From positions 1 through 20,170 of the forward strand of contig JBMSSC010000039.1 in assembly GCA_049424145.1 (NCBI GenBank): 20,170 nucleotides of DNA, given 5' to 3'. This DNA is from Bdellovibrionia bacterium (GTDB lineage Bacteria > Bdellovibrionota > UBA1018). The translations under genes were made by a program, and so were the position numbers. Under the pieces are notes generated by a model. It was not told the DNA's origin. It worked only from the letters and a program-made list of their open reading frames with translations, and ran no database searches. Of this stretch, positions 16,411-20,170 are shown one piece after another; position 1 is the first letter of the stretch, and every line of letters begins with the position of its first letter.

Positions 16411-17857
16411 TTTTCCACTCGTAGAGTTCAGCGATTCGTTTTTTATCATCAACAATTGTAGATGATACCATTTCGTTGTGAATATGGGAAGGATCTCTTC
16501 TTAACCAAGCAAAGCACTTTCTTCCATAGGGCTGAGTACATTCAATGTCTGAATACGCAGGAGACCAAGTTCCGGTATTTAAAAACTCAACTCCCTCTAC
16601 CCAAGTATGGCATTCCTCATGCGTATGTCCTTGAATAATTCTCTGAACCAGTCCAATTTTTGCGCTCAGCGGCGCAAGCTGAAAAGCTTGAAACTGAGTT
16701 TCCTGGACTTCGGATTGAACAGAATGTGCATAAAAAATAAAAACAGGCAAAAAGATAATAAGAGGCACAATCATCCAAAGAAGGGAAACCTGAGAAAAGA
16801 CATTTAAAAACGTGAAGAACTGAAAACTCCCAAAAACGATAATCCCTAAAAGCAAGGCTCGATCCAACCACAACTCACGCAAAATCTTAATCGGATCAAA
16901 AATAGCAGGATGCACATGAAGCTCTTTTAAGGAAAGCACCATGGACGCCGTTGCATTGGAGCGATGCGCAATATCATCAATCCGGGAGCTCACCGTCAAG
17001 GGATCCCTAAGGGCAGGCAAAAATCCCTCACGCAGCGAGTAAAAAAGTGTTGCAAACGCACTCCAGAACCAAGTCCAAAGCAGAAGAGGCTGGGTCTTCA
17101 TGACGTAGCGATAATAAAACTGTAAGTACTCCCAGACTGAGGACTTAATATAAGAGTCAGGAGCGTGCGGATTCATTAGTCCCATTCCATTAATCATGAA
17201 TTTTCCTGCAATATCGCCAAACGGTATCCGCACCGAGACCTGGGATCCTTTTTGAATCAGCGGATGAACGGGATTGGAACAAAGGCAATAGGAGTCATAC
17301 TGATTGCCATGCTCAATTAAGGTATCCCCATTACTGATGTAGAACCACTCACAAAAACGCACCGATTTTTGACACTCAACGGGGAGTTGAAGAGCGTGGA
17401 CTAAATCCGCCTGAACGGAAGGCCAATGGAGTTCAATATCATGATTTCCAATGATAAAAACCACGCGGTGCCCCTCTAAGACGAATTGCTGAATGGCAGA
17501 GATCCAAACGGGATGAGCCATTAAAATCTGCTTCATCTTAAAGCGTGACTTTCTCTCCTCGGAGTTCAACCCTCGGATGCGCTCCAACCAGCTCATGGAA
17601 AACCCCTGTCGAGCGGGAGGAAGCGTCATCACCGAATCGAAATCAAAGATATCTCCGTTTAAAATGAGCTCAATCGAACCTGTGGCTCGAGCACTCATGG
17701 TTTTTAAAAACAGCTGAAACTCATCGTCAATGAAATGCTCTTTGAGTTTATAGCGTTTCCACAAAGGGTTCTCAGGATGAGGAGGCTCGGCATCGGCCAA
17801 ATGAATATCGCTCACCACAAAGGTATGATTTGCCTGCTTAAAATTGGGTTCACTCAT
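16274..17857 (-). CDS. Membrane-associated calcineurin-like metallophosphoesterase (LpxH-like motif set)
   Basis: SDIH, NGDIFD, GNHD, EHGNQYD, GHTH and NTGTW, with a hydrophobic hairpin inserted before GHTH. AGGAGG RBS 7 nt before ATG 17857. Confidence 0.88.
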   Translation of the reverse strand: MSEPNFKQANHTFVVSDIHLADAEPPHPENPLWKRYKLKEHFIDDEFQLFLKTMSARATGSIELILNGDIFDFDSVMTLPPARQGFSMSWLERIRGLNSEERKSRFKMKQILMAHPVWISAIQQFVLEGHRVVFIIGNHDIELHWPSVQADLVHALQLPVECQKSVRFCEWFYISNGDTLIEHGNQYDSYCLCSNPVHPLIQKGSQVSVRIPFGDIAGKFMINGMGLMNPHAPDSYIKSSVWEYLQFYYRYVMKTQPLLLWTWFWSAFATLFYSLREGFLPALRDPLTVSSRIDDIAHRSNATASMVLSLKELHVHPAIFDPIKILRELWLDRALLLGIIVFGSFQFFTFLNVFSQVSLLWMIVPLIIFLPVFIFYAHSVQSEVQETQFQAFQLAPLSAKIGLVQRIIQGHTHEECHTWVEGVEFLNTGTWSPAYSDIECTQPYGRKCFAWLRRDPSHIHNEMVSSTIVDDKKRIAELYEWKNGQAHRIPAEEPRVGWESSQGRRSKKTRQVAPSRASVKRTTQEVE

Positions 17858-18062
17858 CGGGCTACCTCCTGGAGTTTTCCTGGGAATCAAAGATCAACTT
17901 GTGCCGTTTGGTCAGAAGATGGAGATTGCTTGAGTCATTGAAACCCACTCGGCCTGCTCAGGCTAAATCCCATGACATCCTTCCTCTCTTTTAGTGAACC
18001 ATATTTTTTTTTCAGACGCGACTTGGAAACTGAGGTAAACGAAGGATTCATCGGAGGTGATG

Positions 18063-19052
18063 ATGGTCATTCCAAAAAAAATGAAGTGCATCCAAGTGAC
18101 ACAACCGGGTGGACCAAACGAGCTTAAAGTGGGGGAAGTAGCGGTGCCTGAGCCCAAAGAGGCAGAGGTCCTCATCGAGGTTCGAGCAGCCGGTGTAAAT
18201 CGACCCGATATTCTTCAGAGAAAAGGTCTCTACCCCCCACCCGAGGGTGCATCCCCCCTTCTTGGACTCGAAGTCGCAGGCGTGATTGTTCAGTGCGGTC
18301 CCAAGAGCGAGCCCTGGAAAATCGGAGATGCAGTGTGTGCCTTAGTCAGCGGAGGAGGATACGCTCAGTATTGTGTGGCACCGGCTGGGCAATGCTTGCC
18401 CATTCCCCGCGGATGGTCGTTTGAAGAAGCGGCCGGGATTCCTGAAACTTTTTTCACCGTTTGGTTCAATCTGTTTCAGCGGGGAGGATTGAAGGCTGGG
18501 GAGACGCTTTTAGTGCATGGAGGAAGCAGCGGAATTGGAACCACAGCCATTCAGCTTGCCAAAGCGTTTGGGGCGCGCGTTTTCGTCACAGCCGGTAGCC
18601 CAGAAAAGTGCCAAGCGTGTCTGAAGCTCGGAGCCGATGATGCAGTGAATTATCGCACCCAGGATTTTGTCCAAGAACTTCGAGCTCGACATCGCTCGGT
18701 GGATCTCATTTTGGACATGGTGGGGGGTGAGTACTTTGCCCAAAATCTCGAGCTCTTAGCTCCCGAAGGACGCCTCATTCAAATTGCAAGCCAAAAAGGG
18801 GAACAAGTGCCTCTTTCGATTCGAACACTCATGAAAAAAGGACTCACCGTCATGGGCTCCACCCTCAGGCCCAGAAGTGTTGCTCAAAAAACACAAATCG
18901 CATCCGAGCTGAGAGAAAAAGTGTGGCCCCTTTTGGAGGCCTCAAAAATCCGAGTCCTGATCGATCAGGCGCTCCCCTTGGATCAATGCGCCGCGCTTCA
19001 TCAACGAATGGAAAAAAGTGAACACATTGGAAAGCTCATTCTTACTTTCTGA
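18063..19052 (+). CDS. NAD(P)H-quinone oxidoreductase, PIG3 family (MDR superfamily)
   Basis: AAGVNRPDILQRKGLYPPP, GLEVAG, PETFFTVW, LVHGGSSGIGT, GSTLRPRS and HIGKLIL. GGAGG at 18053-18057 favours ATG 18063. Confidence 0.95.
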   Translation: MVIPKKMKCIQVTQPGGPNELKVGEVAVPEPKEAEVLIEVRAAGVNRPDILQRKGLYPPPEGASPLLGLEVAGVIVQCGPKSEPWKIGDAVCALVSGGGYAQYCVAPAGQCLPIPRGWSFEEAAGIPETFFTVWFNLFQRGGLKAGETLLVHGGSSGIGTTAIQLAKAFGARVFVTAGSPEKCQACLKLGADDAVNYRTQDFVQELRARHRSVDLILDMVGGEYFAQNLELLAPEGRLIQIASQKGEQVPLSIRTLMKKGLTVMGSTLRPRSVAQKTQIASELREKVWPLLEASKIRVLIDQALPLDQCAALHQRMEKSEHIGKLILTF

Positions 19053-19104
19053 AAAGAAAGGGAGAAGAGGAGAATCAGTCAAAGCGACAGAGAGAGTGAG
19101 AGAG

Positions 19105-19140
19105 AAAAAAAAACCGCTCCCCTTCCCAAGAGCTAAACGG
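19105..19140 (-). terminator. Possible intrinsic terminator of the nuclease gene
   Basis: Minus strand CCGTTT-AG-CTCTT-GGG-AAGGG-GAGCGG imperfect hairpin (several G-U pairs) followed by T9. Confidence 0.45.
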
Positions 19141-20143
19141 AGCTCAAAAGACCAACTCCCAAAGAGAGCTGAAGGTCCTCGTCTCCGTCCGCTTGAGCTT
19201 TGGGACTTGCCTCACAAAGGGCTTGAAATGCGCAGCTCCGGCAACTGGCTGAGGGCTTGGGCTCTCCTGCGCCTCCTTGAAGCAATGCCAGTGCTTTCTC
19301 TAAAATCACCTCGGGCTTAAAACTCTCCAACGGCACTTCAACCGTTTGAACCCCGTCTAGGGAAACGTTGACCAAAAAGGCTTGAATGGCCGATGAGGAG
19401 ACTCTTGGCTCGAGCTTCCCTAGTGCCCAAGCATACCACTGCATCTGTAGTTGATAGGCACGAATCAAACGACTTGGGGATCTTGCATGTTGCGTGAATT
19501 TAAAATCTAACAACGCCACCTGAGGGACTCCTGCGTGAACTTCTAAAATCACTCGGTCCATGGAACCCACAATGACTTGAGAGCCCAAGGGCACTTCAAA
19601 CTGCAGCTCGCGCCAGACATCCCGTTCCGAGGATTCATCCGCAGGATTCATCCACGAGGACTGAAGGGTCCATTGAATTAAAGGATCTGCTTGAAATCGA
19701 TTCACACCCACGATCTGCTCCAGCTCCTTGAGCCCTTGAAAATCGCGAAACTCAAGACACTGATGAATTCGACTTCCGAGCTCCCGATGACTCATGGAGC
19801 CCTCGGCAAGGGGCTTGTTTTGGGGCGCACTCCCCCGGTCCGTTTCAGAATCCGGACAAGAACGAGCAGTGGGTTGAGCGGGATCCTGAGGTACCCACTC
19901 ACGCTCGGATTGCTCCAAGAGATCCTCCGCAATCACGTCGACCCAAGCATCAGACCTCACGGGAACTGGGGGTCTCAGATACGTCCACTCATAAGCTCGG
20001 GGACAGCGACTTAAGAGCGTCAATTCAGTAACCGAATAGCGCGCACGAATAAGTTCAGGCTTCTGCTGAATGGGCTTAAGCGTCCAGCCCGAGTTTCTCA
20101 GTGGAGAGAGCGCACTCAGGCGTCTGCTGGCTTCCTCTTCGGT
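19133..20143 (-). CDS. PD-(D/E)XK RecB-family nuclease domain with a 4-Cys Fe-S motif, likely the C-terminus of an AddA/AddB/UvrD-like helicase-nuclease; 5' end disrupted or unresolved
   Basis: RYSVTELTLLSRCP, LGSRIHQCLE, RELQF, GSMDRV, DFK, YQLQMQWYA and CRSCAFQALC. The frame extends upstream of the tracked TTG 20023 to an in-frame TAA at 20146-20144. Confidence 0.8.
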   Translation of the reverse strand, partial: TEEEASRRLSALSPLRNSGWTLKPIQQKPELIRARYSVTELTLLSRCPRAYEWTYLRPPVPVRSDAWVDVIAEDLLEQSEREWVPQDPAQPTARSCPDSETDRGSAPQNKPLAEGSMSHRELGSRIHQCLEFRDFQGLKELEQIVGVNRFQADPLIQWTLQSSWMNPADESSERDVWRELQFEVPLGSQVIVGSMDRVILEVHAGVPQVALLDFKFTQHARSPSRLIRAYQLQMQWYAWALGKLEPRVSSSAIQAFLVNVSLDGVQTVEVPLESFKPEVILEKALALLQGGAGEPKPSASCRSCAFQALCEASPKAQADGDEDLQLSLGVGLLSSV

Positions 20144-20170
20144 TTAAATTGCACTGGGAGGGACTGGGGG

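Noticed and set aside
10070..20014. Numerous 60-110 aa ORFs overlapping trmO, ileS, slt, the phosphoesterase, the oxidoreductase and the nuclease
   Set aside because: These are antisense or out-of-frame shadows of well-supported genes, with no motifs or initiation signals.
19133..20143. CRISPR-associated cas4
   Set aside because: No repeat-spacer array or other cas genes in the window. The layout fits repair helicase-nuclease C-termini equally well or better.
20142..20148. TTTAAAC slippery site (minus strand) as programmed -1 frameshift rescuing the nuclease
   Set aside because: A -1 shift from the T-TTA-AAC frame enters a frame that stops at TGA shortly after, not the nuclease frame.

Overview
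Bacterial chromosomal window, about 50% GC. The gene set is tentatively Bdellovibrionota/deltaproteobacterial-like (inference only). Left half: the 3' end of a POT peptide transporter, then a minus-strand aldehyde dehydrogenase divergent from a coupled operon of class-III omega-aminotransferase, uncharacterised GNAT-fold protein and class-IV (HDAC11-like) Zn deacylase, followed by an APC amino-acid permease. Together these form a candidate acyl-amine writer/eraser/catabolism module. The 750-bp gap before this operon hides a decayed IS200/IS605 tnpA that the ORF track misses. Its left-end hairpin is intact, and its junction with the TTAT target appears to form the -35 box of the operon promoter. 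Middle: a secreted chalcone-isomerase-fold protein, a large HD-domain protein, a rhodanese-like protein behind a sigma54-type promoter, and a 100-nt nested hairpin. Right half: a minus-strand run of membrane metallophosphoesterase, Slt-type lytic transglycosylase, ileS (type 2) and trmO; a PIG3-type quinone oxidoreductase; and a PD-(D/E)XK Fe-S nuclease domain whose frame is closed upstream by a stop near the window end. No rRNA, tRNA or CRISPR array was seen.
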